The notes under the pieces are model-generated. The model saw only the letters and a program-made list of their open reading frames with translations, did no database searches and was not told where the DNA came from. DNA of 64,000 nucleotides from the human T2T-CHM13v2.0 reference genome, Homo sapiens: assembly GCF_009914755.1 (NCBI RefSeq), contig NC_060925.1; one strand, 5' to 3'. Below are positions 24,660 to 37,108 of this stretch, piece by piece. Numbering within the stretch: position 1 is the first letter of the stretch; the number at the start of each line of letters is the position of its first letter. A program made the position numbers and the translations under genes.

Positions 24660-24860
24660 TGGGTTATAATTTTTTGTATTTATGTCTTTCCTTTGCTTGT
24701 CATCAGGCTGTTTATCGGCACGCGGCGACGCATCACTCGTACGTGTTAAATATATATACGTCTCTGTGTGTCTGTGTATGCCTTCCCGGTTCTATTTATG
24801 CAGTTCCTCGGAGGATTAATTTAGCCAAATAACCGAAGTTATTTAGGTAGCTGACATTCA
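24660..24860. promoter_or_regulatory. Candidate enhancer / conserved non-coding element
   Basis: AT-rich unique sequence with 11 CpG in 24716-24835; TGTTTAT, GGATTA, TGACA motifs; conservation not checked. Confidence 0.45.
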
Positions 24861-25225
24861 CACTGGAAAGAGAATGTGGGAACGAAGTCAGCGAGGCACT
24901 GGCTCTGTTCCCAGGCCCCCCGGACTCAGTTTCCTTCAAATTAAGGTCTGGTGTGGTGGAAAGTGCAGGAGCTCATCTAGTCAAATGTTCTAAACCAGGC
25001 CCTGTGATGGTGAGCTATGGATGCTGGGAAAAGTCCAAAGCTGAGCCTCAGTTTGTTCAGCTAAAAAGAGGCCTTTTTTTCTTACAGAGAACATGCAAGC
25101 TTTGATTGATTTAATGAATTTAAAGCTTTTTGTTCACTGTAGGCATTTATTTGTTAGTGGCACTCTCTCCTCTTTATGTCTCTGTGTCTGTGCCAAGTGA
25201 TGCGTAAGATGAAATGGAAATTCCC

Positions 25226-25528
25226 GGCCGGGCGGAGTGGCTTATGCCTGTAATCCCAGCACTTTGGGAGGCCGAGGCAGGTGGATCATAAAGTCAGCAG
25301 TTTGAGACCAGCCTGGCCAATATGATGAAAACCCTTCTCAGCTAAAAATACAAAAAGTAGCCGGGTGTGGTGGGGCATGCCTGTAGTCCCAGCTACTCAG
25401 GAGGCTGAGGCAGGAGAATCACTTGAATCTGGAAGGTGGAGGTTGCAGTGAGCCGAGATCACACCACTGCACTCCAACTAGGCAACAGAGTGAGACACCA
25501 TAAAATAAATAAATAAAATAAAATAAAA
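25226..25528 (+). mobile_element. Full-length Alu (AluS, Sg-like)
   Basis: GGCCGGGCGGAGTGGCT start, both monomers, (TAAAA)n-type tail. Confidence 0.96.
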
Positions 25529-25639
25529 TTCCTTGTGTTGGCACCTGAGGTCCTTGGTATTCTGACATTCTGATCCTTGTTGATCTTCCTTTCTCTGGAA
25601 GTGTTACTCTCACTGTGCCTGGACATGATATAATTCAGT

Positions 25640-26111
25640 TGGGATGGTTGATGTTGCTGGTGCCCTTTTAAGTCTCTTCCTGGAGCTCATCGTTCCTGTG
25701 TATGGTGACTCTATGGCTTCTACAAGCCAGCATACTGGAGGGCTTTCTTTGGTGGTCAGATCCCAACTCACATGCCAAAGGGGCAGGCTGGAGGTGGGAG
25801 CAGCTTCCACACAAAACAACCCCCAACCACCAAAGTAGGAAAATGGTACATACACACCCCAGTCGTTCATTCATCGAATAACTCACAGGCCTGTTCTGTG
25901 CTCTCACCTGCTGCTTCCCAGCAGGCTGGAACTCTGGTTGCCCCCTGCGGAAACCTGCTCCATAACACTCTTAGTTGGCTTCCTTCTCTTCTCTTCCATG
26001 TTTCACTCCCTCATTCTCCTACAGGTGTGTCTGGAAGCCACTTCAAAGTAAACTCTATGCACTCAAATCCTTGTCTTAGGGTGTCCTTTTGGAAAATCCC
26101 AACCTAAGACA
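25640..26111 (+). mobile_element. LTR16-like ERVL solo LTR
   Basis: 3' end CACTCAAATCCTTGTCTTAGGGTGTCCTTTTGGAAAATCCCAACCTAAGACA matches recalled LTR16 terminus; 5' boundary approximate. Confidence 0.7.
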
Positions 26112-26299
26112 AGGTAGGATTGTGAGCATTAATGGTCTGAACTCTGGGGTACAACCACCTGTCTTTGAATTCTGCTTCAAGAGTCAGTGAGAAGTTATTT
26201 AGCCTTTCTGAGCCTCAGTTTCTTCATTTGTAAAGTAGGGCCAGTAATGACAGTACCTGACCCAACAGAGGCATGAGATAAACCACAGAGATAGACAGG

Positions 26300-26962
<663 letters not shown>

Positions 26963-27114
26963 CAACTCTATTCATTCTTTATAGCTCAGGAAGTGATCTC
27001 ACTCTTGGTCATGGCTGACTGGATCTGGGATCAAGGCCTGAACCAAAATCATCCGCCTGTAGGCTGATGGGAAGCCTGTGAGTTGGCCTGGGTTGGGGGT
27101 TCAACCCCAGCCTA

Positions 27115-27325
27115 GCAACAATAAGTCACTGGTATTGAGCACATTCTGCACACCAGGCACAGCACTGAGCACTCCACCACACAATCTTCCTAACTCACAG
27201 CTGTCCTTTGAGGCTGGTGCTGTTATTATCATGCCTCATTTCATAGATGTGAAAACAGACTTGGGGAGCTTACACAACTTGCCTGATGTTAGGATTTGAA
27301 TCAGATCTGTCTGACTCCAGAGCAG
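27115..27325 (-). mobile_element. MIR SINE
   Basis: TATTGAGCAC...CCAGGCAC...CATTTCATAGATGTGAAAACAGA...TCTGTCTGACTCCAGAGC. Confidence 0.8.
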
Positions 27326-27429
27326 TCTCTAGGAATGCCTCCCTATCTTCTCCTTTGGGGTGGTAATTAACTAAAGCTCTCCATTCCTCCTTCTTGAACC
27401 ATGAAGTTCGTAGTGCCCCTGCCCGCAAA

Positions 27430-27502
27430 TGTGTGTATGTGTGCGTGTGTGTGTGTGTGTGTGTGTATGTGTGCATGAAAGAAAGAGAGAGAGAGAAAGA
27501 GA
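27430..27502. repeat. Compound (TG)n/(GA)n microsatellite
   Basis: Imperfect TG run followed by GA-rich run. Confidence 0.9.
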
Positions 27503-29560
27503 CACTCAGGGAATGGGGAAGAGCAGATGTGGCCAAAAAGTGAGGTAAGAAGGCTGGAAGCTGAAGCCAGAGGTGAATAGATGTCTTAAGAGCAGGGACA
27601 AAGAGCTGAGAAAAGAGGAGCAACAGAAAGGAAAGATCTGAGCTATGGGGATGGTGCCTATGGGGATGGTCCAAGCCTTGCCCCATGACTGTGACCTTTC
27701 GATCTCTCACTGGGCACCCAGCAAGTGCCAGGCACCAACACTGAGCAAAGCTCTCATTCTCCACAAGGCCTGGCCCAGCAGCAGCTGGGATGGTTTCTCA
27801 TCCCTTGAGGAACCCCAGAGCATATATTCTCTGCCATCTGAGTAGCCAGCCACGTGGCTACTCCCAATATCATCATCACGCTGAACTCTTCCATGACATC
27901 AGCCCAATAATGGGTACCTCCATCCCCCCGACCTTGTGACAACATTTCATAGATGTCTTCTCCACACCACTCATACCACCTGCATCGGCACCATCATTAA
28001 TTTCTTCCTTCATCTGGCAAATATGTATGGAGCCTCTATTATGTGCCAGGTACTCTTCTAGCCACTGGGGACACAGCAGTGAACAAAATCAAGTGTCAGC
28101 TCTCGGAGTCTTCCATTCATCCCATTCATCATCCTCACTACTCCCTCCATGACCTTGACTGCCAGCACCATTACCATCACTATAATATCATCAACCATTG
28201 TTTCCTGAGCACTTCGCTTGGAGCTGAGCACATAAAAAAGTTACCCCATCCTTGCAGCCCATGTTCTGCTTCCTATCTTCTCATCAGTACAGAGGGAAAT
28301 CCCTCCTTACACAGACATGCCTCCAGTTTCCCGCAGAGTGTAGCCCCCCAAAGCCCAATGGGTGGAGGAGGGCTGTCTGACCTGCTTGGAAATTCTTTTA
28401 GTGTAAAAAGGAGCTGATGCTTCATCCCGAGACAGCTGCATTTCCCCAGAGCAGGAAATGAAATAACACAAAGACTGTGGCTCTCTCAAATAAAAAAAAA
28501 AATGCCCATGAGATGCCAGAAAGGGACTGGGGAGAACACTGTGGCTTGTGCTGGGGTCTGGCAGCCTCTGCCCACAAGCAGCATCTCGGCAAGAGCCCCT
28601 TAAAGAGTAACTGATAGAGTAATAAGGGAGCATGGGTTGGGGGGAACAGATGATCCTTAATTCTCTGGCTGCAAATGAGTTCATCTATTCACCCACGTGG
28701 CTCCTGTTTCCCCTCCTCCCCCTGCCCAGCATCAGGCTTCCTTCTAACCTGGCATTCCATATTACAGAGGGCTCCATCAGCCCCTAGGGCTGGGATTTAT
28801 TTAAATGGTGAGTGAGCTGTGTGGCCAAAGCCCGTGTTAAGCAATGTTTATTACAATCAATAAATCATGGTCTCGTATCTGATCCAGAGACGGAAATAGC
28901 TCGTGAGCCCAGGATGCAAGGGAGAGTGAGGTTAGCACAGCCCGAGATAAGACAGACTCAATCGAGGTCAGTCTCTCCACCCTGGCTGCAGGTGGCTGGG
29001 TGCTCTAGAGCTCTGGTCTCCTCTCCTGACATTTCCTCTCCCACCTACCCCTTTGAGAAACCTCCCCCAGGGTCTGCCTTGTCTCCACATGAGAGAAGGC
29101 TGACCTGGGAGCAGAGGCACGGCTTGGAGAGCCAGGTGGGCTCCTCAGGAGCAGCAGGATTTGGGTGAGAAAATTGCCGAGTCTCCTTTGGTGACTTCTT
29201 TCCTGGTGGGTGGAAGGGTAGCTCCATACCCTGCCACTCTGGAAAGGAAGCAGGGTAGTTAGGAGACAACTTGAAATGCCCAAATCTGCAAGTCTGCAGC
29301 TTGGAAGGAGAGGAGCACTAAGGAGGGGTAGATTCATTTAGTTTTAAGAGCACAGTTTTGGTATCACCAAGAGCCAGTTGGGTTCAAATCCCAGCTTCAC
29401 CACTTCCTTCCATTAGTTACCTAACCTCTCTGTGTAAATTGGAGGAAAGAATATGACCTTCTTTATAGGGTTATTTAGGAGAAATGCAAGGAGTTGGTGT
29501 GGGTAGGAGTACTTCACACCGGGGCTGGTATATGGTTTCTTCTCAATAGATGGCACTTGC

Positions 29561-30066
29561 TGTGGTAGGCTGAATATGCTCCCCCCTAAAATGTCCTTGT
29601 CGTAATTCCCAGAACCTGCAAATGTCACTTTTATGGCAAAAGGGACTCTGCAGAATCATGAAGGATCTTGGGATGAGGACATTATCCTGGATTATTCCAG
29701 CGGGCTCTGTGTAGTCACAATGGATCCTGGAAGAGAACACAAGAGAATAGAGAATTCAGTGTGAGAAGAAGGCCATGCAACACGAGAGGCAGAATCAGAG
29801 AGAGAAGATGCCATGCTGATGGCTTCGAAAATGAAAAAAGGGTCCTGAGTCAAAGAATACAAGTGGATTCTAGGAGCTAGGAAAGTCAGGAAACAGGCTG
29901 TGCTCTGGAGCCTCCATAAAAAACCAGTCATGTGAACACCTTGGTGTTAGCCCGTAAGCCTCACGTCAAACTTCTGGCTTCTAGAACTGCAGGAAAAGCA
30001 ATTTGTGTTGATTTAGCCGGTGAATTTGTGATAATTTTTAAAAGGATCAAGATGGAAAGTAATGTA
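29561..30066 (+). mobile_element. MLT1D-like MaLR solo LTR (preceded by MIR at about 29340-29555)
   Basis: TGTGGTAGGCTGAAT start, TATGGCAAAAGGGACT, ATTATCCTGGATTAT, AACTTCTGGCTTCTAGAACTG. Confidence 0.88.
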
Positions 30067-31083
30067 TCTAGGAAGACCATGGTGCTGATGATGCCAGGGC
30101 CAGCTTCTCAGATGTCTCCCAGAATCCCTCAGGTCATACATGGAACCCCACCCATCTTCTTGGAAGGAGGAAACCAGGCTAGAGAACGTTCTACATGTGC
30201 CTACTTGGCATTACCAGCTTAGAGAAGTGGGAATGTGGAGCTTCACACAGATTTCTGATGCCCATGAAAGTGGTGGTCAAACCCTTTGTGGTCCCAGTCT
30301 CATGGGTCACCACAAGCTTATCAAGCAGAGCTTAATTCATGGAGTTTGTTTAGTCAATAGATGACCTTATACTGGCTGAGGGGTGGCCAGTTGATGCATA
30401 GAGAGGGAGGAAAGGCAAGAGCAAATTCTGGGGGAAGCTAAATGTTGTGCAGGCAATTAGGAGTGAGGACTTGGCAGGACCAATCGTCAATACAGAGAAC
30501 TGGACAATGGCTTGATAATAGGGTGAGGTAGGAGACCCCTTACCTGGGTCGAAGGTCAGGGCAAGCCTTCCTTGATGAAGGGACAGCTGAGCTGGTCCAG
30601 GGCTCCTTACAATGCTCCTGGCTAGGAGTAGGATTGGCCCTAGGCCTCAAGGTCTGGGGCAACCTACGACAGCATCTGTGAGCAAAAACCACCCAGGGAC
30701 CCAGGGAGATGGACTAAGGGACAGTGACAGTGGGAAGTTTCTCTTCCTTCAAATCATGTTCTCCTTTGGACAGATGCATGGGCTCGATCTCAGGATCTAC
30801 TCTGAAAAGGGAGGGGCTCCTACTCCCCAGTGAGACAGATGAGCCACCCCCAGCAGTGACTCAGGCTGCTGGAAGCAGTGGGTGGCAGTTTCCTTTTCCT
30901 TTGTCTTTTTCCTAGGCGGGGCTGCCAGCTCTTCCGGAGGCTCCTTGCCTAGCCCAGAAGGACTGATGGGAGGAGTGGGAGATGGCAGGTGATGTTGGAG
31001 ATGGGTGCTGGAACTGCCTCAGGGGAGATGCTGGGGAAGACGGGGAAGAGGTGTCGCCAGCTTGGATGATTCTGAGGTCTCCT

Positions 31084-31230
31084 CTAGTGGTTCTCTAATG
31101 CCGACACCTGAACTAGATATAGCAGAATCACCTGGGGAGCTTGTCTACAGAGCGCGCTCCGGAGACCTCCTGCAACAGATTCCCACTCAGTGGTCTGGGA
31201 TGGGACTTGACTTTGCATTTTTAGGGAGTA
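31084..31230. mobile_element. MER5-like hAT fragment
   Basis: CTAGTGGTTCTC, CAGAATCACCTGGGGAGCTTG, GGTCTGGGATGGG, TGCATTTTTA. Confidence 0.65.
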
Positions 31231-32313
31231 GGTTTGGGAGCCACCAGTTTGCATACTGGTTTCAGACAAGCAATGTCCACAAGGCCCCAACAGGCTTGGA
31301 GAAAAGAGAGAGGGGGAATAGGAAAAGCAGGATGAAGACAAAGGGAGAGAGGGCAAAGCCAGAGTAGAGGAGCAGAAAAGGCAATGAGTTGAGCACTCAC
31401 TATTCATGGAGGGCTCTCTAGGCACCAGGCTCATTTGTTCCTCCCTGGAACCCTTCGAGTTCAGTATTGGTATTTCCATTATTCTGTTGAGGATAATGAG
31501 GCCCAGGGAGGTTATGTGACTTGCTTAAGGCCAACGGATAATGGATTGGAATTTGACCACTGCATACTATCCATATTTGTGGTCATTGTGCTTACAGAAC
31601 AGCCCCTTGAGGACTTGTGTCGCCTAAGTTGAATGACAGGGAAGAAACAAAAATGATTGTGTTCTTGGGTCTCTGGAGAAGAAACAACTTCCCAGATGGA
31701 AAGCAGAGGCTTCTGTGGTGGCCCCTGGTCCTCATCCTAACCCTAGGCTTTAGTGACTTACCCAGGAGTGAGTTCTTACGGTCCAAAACAGAGCACCTCA
31801 GGGATTTGAAAGAGCCTGACCGTCTCCCCAACCTCCCAGGCCCACTCCGTCTCTAGCAGGCACCCAGCCCCTGCCTGGGGCAATCCCCTCTGGCCTTCCC
31901 ATGAGCCCCCGGCCAGCTCCTGCTCCAGCTCTTGGTTCAGGTCACAGCTGCATCTCTTACAATGGCCCTGGACCTCTGGATTTGGCTTCGGGAGTGGCTC
32001 TTCCCCAAGTGCTTCTGGCTCTTTCCCCCAAACTTTGCTTCCAACTCACTCAACAGGCTTGTTCTATTTCAAATGGTGAGCCCATCAGCAACCCTAACTG
32101 CATATCAGTGCAGAACAGTGGTGCAGACAGATTCTGTACTTAAGGCATCATGTGGGAACTGGGAAGGGAAAGAAGCTTGTCTTATCCTATTAGTTTTTAT
32201 CTTGTGTTTGTATTGGGAGGGTTGATCACATTGTCTCTCTCCTGGGATCACCAGACAGGGCCAATGCTAAAGAGCTGTGGGTATCACACTACTTTAGGTG
32301 TGATCATCATCAG

Positions 32314-32370
32314 AGGAGGAGGAAGGAAGTTGAGAAGGAGGAGGAAGGAAGTTGAGAAGGAGGAGGAAGG
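32314..32370. repeat. 22-bp tandem repeat, about 2.6 copies
   Basis: AGGAGGAGGAAGGAAGTTGAGA x2 plus a partial third copy. Confidence 0.9.
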
Positions 32371-32491
32371 GGAGCAAAGATGAGGTAAAGAAATAATGGC
32401 GTGCTTCTCTCTTCCCTCCACCCCTTATGGGCCACTTTCAGCACAGCAGCCAGAAACACAACCATGATGCATACGTTTAAAGATCTCTCTA

Positions 32492-32670
32492 TTGGTTTCT
32501 CTGGCATTTTGGATCAGATAATGCTTTGTGTGGAGGGCTGTTCTGTGCATTGTAAGATGTTTTGCAGCATCCCTGGCCTCTACACATTTGATTCCAGCAA
32601 CACCTGCCCCAGTCTTAACAGCCAAACATCTCTCCAGATATTGCCAAATTGCTCCCTGTTGAGAACCTCT
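32492..32670 (-). mobile_element. MER20 (partly deleted)
   Basis: CTGTGCATTGTAAGATGTTTTGCAGCATCCCTGGCCTCTAC...CTCCAGATATTGCCAAAT...GTTGAGAACC. Confidence 0.85.
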
Positions 32671-32702
32671 GCTGAACTGTTGAAAGCCCTGCAATGACTT
32701 CT

Positions 32703-33147
32703 CCAGTGGGCTGTATTATTGCTCCTAATCCTTCCACACCCACAGCCATATGCCTTTGTACCCTCTTCCAGTAGAGGCAGAGTCCATTTCCTTGTCCCAG
32801 TGATACTGGGTTCAGCCATCGACTTACATTAGCCAATGGCATGGGAGTGGAAGGGACAGTGAGTCAGTTTTGACTAGACCTTAAGAGACATCACCTGTTA
32901 CCATCTTCTGCTTCTGCCATTGCCTCAAGAAGGGCATTCCTGGGGCAGTCCGCTGGCCCCAGGAAGAGGATGGGTACATGTGGCGTACACCTGGACCTCA
33001 CCTAGAGTTCAAGCCAAGCCCAGCCAAGCTCCAGCAAAAGTAGACAACCCCGATCCAAGCTGAAGATGAGGGAGGACAAGTGATTGTCACTTTAAGCCAT
33101 TGAGTGGCTTGTTAGGCAGCATTATGTGGAGATGGCTGATGAACACA
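32703..33147 (+). mobile_element. Old MLT1 (H/I/J-like) solo LTR
   Basis: TTAGCCAATGGCATG, TAGACCTTAAGAG, TTTAAGCCATTGAG...TGTTAGGCAGCATT terminus. Confidence 0.7.
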
Positions 33148-33494
33148 GCCTCCTGTTGAAACTGAGAGACACTCTAAACTCCTTCTCTAACCTCTAAGGC
33201 CCTGCATGATTCAACCTCTGCCAAACTCTTTCAGGGATGGGAGGAGCATACGTGGCAGAGGGAAGAGCAAGGAAAAAGACCCTGAGATGGTTCCAAGTCA
33301 GGGTTCAGAGGACAGAAATATGGCCAGTGTTAGGCAAGGAGCAGATTGTGGCTGCAGGCCCTGCTTTCCAGAGAAGCCCGGATAAGACAGGCATAACCAG
33401 CATAAAAGTCCAGGATATTCCAATTATAGATTTCATGCCCTTAACTCCCACACTGTAGATTAAAAAAAAATGATTATTAGAAGTAACAGTCATA

Positions 33495-33814
33495 GGCTGG
33501 GTGTGGTGGCTCACGCCTATAATCCCAACACTTTGAGAGGCTGAGGTGGGAGGACTTCTTGAGCCCACGAGTTTGAGACCAGCGTGGGCAACATGGCGAA
33601 ATCCTGTTTCCACACACACACACAAAAAATACAAAAATTAGTCGGGTGTGGTGACATGTGCCTATAGTCCCAGCTACTCAGGACACTGAGGTGGGAGAAT
33701 CTCTTGAGCCCAGGAGGTCAAGGCTGCAGTGAGCTGTGATTGCACCACTGCACTCCTGCCTGGGAAACAGAGTGAGATCCTGTCTCAAAAAAAGGAAAAA
33801 AAAATAACAGAAAA
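33495..33814 (+). mobile_element. Full-length AluJ
   Basis: TTGAGCCCAGGAGGTCAAGGCTGCAGTGAGCTGTGAT (J-type); central (CA)n; degenerate TSD AGAAGTAA(C/T)AGT. Confidence 0.95.
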
Positions 33815-34414
33815 AGAAGTAATAGTAGTAGTATTGCTATTAAGCTTTCTCTATGGGCCAGGCACTAGGCTAAGCACTTAACACACAGCACCAAATTCAG
33901 TCTTTCCATGCTTATGAGGGAAGTTCATTATCGTAGCCATTTTACAGATGGGGAAATCAAATCATAACTTGCCAGAACTCACACACGTCATGGTGACAGA
34001 TTGAGCATTCAAACCCAGGTCCATCTGACCATAGAACTCAAGCTCTCAAGCCATCCCTCTGTCTCTCCCCTGACTAGCTGTGAATACCCAGACATTTTCT
34101 AGAACAAATTTCTTTTCAGGAAGCAGGAGAGATGTGCTACTTTTGAAGTGCATGACACCTTCCGGAGACAAGTGTCACCGTGGAGTCATCAAAGGCTTCA
34201 GTTACCTTCAAAGGCCGGCTGCTTGCTCTCCAGAATCACATCGTCAATGTGCCCTCCCTCTGCAGGGAGGGGTTGGCTTGTTTATTTCTTTGGGGACAAG
34301 CTTTAGGGTACACAGCCTCCATTATAGGACAGACTCCAGGATTTTTAGTCTCTGGAATTTGATCTCATGGCTGAAAGGCAACTGAGAGAGGGGCAGATAG
34401 ACCAGGCTAAATAA

Positions 34415-34849
<435 letters not shown>

Positions 34850-35224
34850 CAGAGCTGTACTTGTTTTAAGGCTTCCTCCATCCCCAAGTGATTCCAACTT
34901 GCACTCCTGTTTAAAAATATCTGCCCTGGAGGCTGTGTCCACATGGAATGCTCTCTGCTTGTCCCATCTCCTTCCTTATTATGTTTCATGGCCAGGGGTT
35001 TTGGTATCACCTCTTTCTGCATGATGCCTTCCTGGGTTCATTAGTCAAAGGCAAATGTCTTTTCTAGTCTTTTCCCATACCTGAACATTTGACTCTTAGA
35101 AGGTGCTTCAAAACCAACATACCCTCCAAAAACTCACGTTTGTCCCTAATCTACTCCCACGTCTGGGGTTTTCTGTCTCAATAAATAGCACCTCCATCCT
35201 TCCAAAAGCCAGAAAGGGAAGGTA

Positions 35225-35478
35225 CAACTGATTAAGGACTCAGGTCCTGGGCTGCACAGTCAGCCTCCTGGGTTTACAGCTTGGTTCCACCACCAATGGC
35301 TGTGTGACCATGAGCAAGTCACTTACTCTCTCTGAGCCTCAGTTTCCTAACCTAGGAGATGGGATGAAGTACTTCTGTATCCCGGGGTTGTGGTTAGGAG
35401 TCGGTGAGATGCGATATGTAAAATGCTTAGAACAGCACTTGGCACACAGTGTGCTCAATCAGTGCTCACTGTAATCAT
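35225..35478 (+). mobile_element. MIR SINE, near full length, within L2 fragments
   Basis: GCTGTGTGACCATGAGCAAGTCACTTACTCTCTCTGAGCCTCAGTTTCC...AATGCTTAGAACAGCACTTGGCACA. Confidence 0.9.
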
Positions 35479-35783
35479 CCTGACATCTCTCTCTCCTTCC
35501 TTCCTCGTATCCAATCCATCACCAAGCTCGCCAACCCATCACCACTTCTGTCTCCTCAACATCAATTCCATCCTCTTCTCTCCATCTCCACCTCCATTGC
35601 CACCTACAGCATACTGTCTCTCCAGGACAACTACACCTGCTTCCTAATAGGCCTCTCTGCTCCCGCTTCCCTTCTGCTTCCAATCTGTTCTCAACACAGC
35701 AACAGCAGTGGCCTGGGTGTTCTTTTAAAACACGAATGCGATGATGGGATCGTGCCCCTCCAATGCTTAAAACCTCCAGTGAC

Positions 35784-36089
35784 GGCTGGGCGCGGTGGCT
35801 CACGCCTGTAATCCCAGCACTTTGGGAGGCCGAGGCGGGTGGATCATGAGGTCAGGAGATCGAGACCATCCTGGGTAACATGGTGAACGCAGTTTCTACT
35901 AAAAATATAAAAAAAAAAATTAGCAGGGCTTGGTGGCAGGCGCCTGTAGTCCCAGCTACTCAGGAGGCTGAGGCAGGAGAATGGCGTGAACCCGGGAAGC
36001 GGAGCTTGCAGTGAGCCCAGATTGCGCCACTGCAGTCCGCAGTCCGGCCTGAGCGACAGAGCGAGACTCCGTCTCAAAAAAAAAAAAAA
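35784..36089 (+). mobile_element. AluYb8 (human-specific) with a non-Yb8 central tract
   Basis: GGGTGGATCATGAGG, CCCGGGAAGCGG, AGATTGCG and the 7-bp duplication GCAGTCCGCAGTCC; perfect TSD AAAACCTCCAGTGAC (35769-35783, 36086-36100); TT/AAAA endonuclease site. Confidence 0.96.
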
Positions 36090-36595
36090 CCTCCAGTGAC
36101 TCCTCAGTGCTCTCAGGATGAAATCTAAATTCCCAAATGTGCATGAACAGTGTTCTCGACCTGGTCTTTGCCTTTCCAGCCTCCTGCCTTGACACAGTCT
36201 CTCTCTGTCTCAGTCTCTGTCTTTGTCTCGTCCTCTCTCCCCAGCCTGTCACCATGCAGATTCTTTTGCCTAATCCACTCTACCCTCCTTCTGTCTTCCT
36301 CTGTCTCCCTCCTACTCATCCTTGCAGCCGCAGCCGAGATGTTGCCAGCTCAGGGGGAGTCAGATTCTAGGCCAGATCCCTGGCTCTGTGCCCCACAGCC
36401 CACCCTTTGCATCCCCCGCTCCGGCACCTGTCATGCACACACCACGTTATGGTGATCTCTGGTCCAGTCTGCAAATATGTTGTTGCCTGACACAAAGTAA
36501 ACAGTCGATGGATGCTGCTGTGCTCGTCATCGTTAAGTCATCACTATCATCATTTGCTCTGGCCAACTCCTGGTGTTTGCTGTCCTCTTAGAAGC

Positions 36596-37108
36596 TGTGG
36601 TATGAATTGCACGGATTGCATTCATGCGTCAACCTTCCCTGTGTCTACATCCCATGCCTGTCACTTTGCAGTTCTCCTCTCTAAAGAGGCCCACTCTGTT
36701 TCCCACCCCTTAAGTCTGGGCTGGCTTTCACCCATAGAATGCGACGGAAGTAACAGAGGCCAGTCCTGAGTCTAGGCCTCAAGGGGCCTCGCGCCTTTCT
36801 GCTCTGTCTTTGGCTTCCTGGTCTCCACCATGAGAATGTGCCTGGGCTGGCCAGCAGGAGAATGAGATGTGTGGAGCAGAGCTGAGCTGCTGAGACCATC
36901 CGAGAGAGTAGCCGGCAGCCAGCCAGCCCCCAACCTGTGATCAGCAGAGCCACTCGGCTGACCTGCAGATGAGAACAGAAACACGAGCAGGCCAGTTGAG
37001 CTGAACCTCATAGGCTCACAAGCTGAATAAATGCTTATTGTTGCGCGCTGCTGAGGTTTTGTGGATATTTGTTAGGCAGCCTTATAGTAGCAATTGATAA
37101 CTGATACA
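36596..37108 (+). mobile_element. MLT1H-like solo LTR with intact 5-bp TSD
   Basis: TG...CA termini, CTAGGCCTCAAG, AATAAATGCTTATTG, GATAACTGATACA end; GAAGC at 36591-36595 and 37109-37113. Confidence 0.85.

Noticed and set aside
29543-29557. CTCF-like TCAATAGATGGCACT
   Set aside because: Mismatched at the 5' core and explained by the MIR 3' tail.
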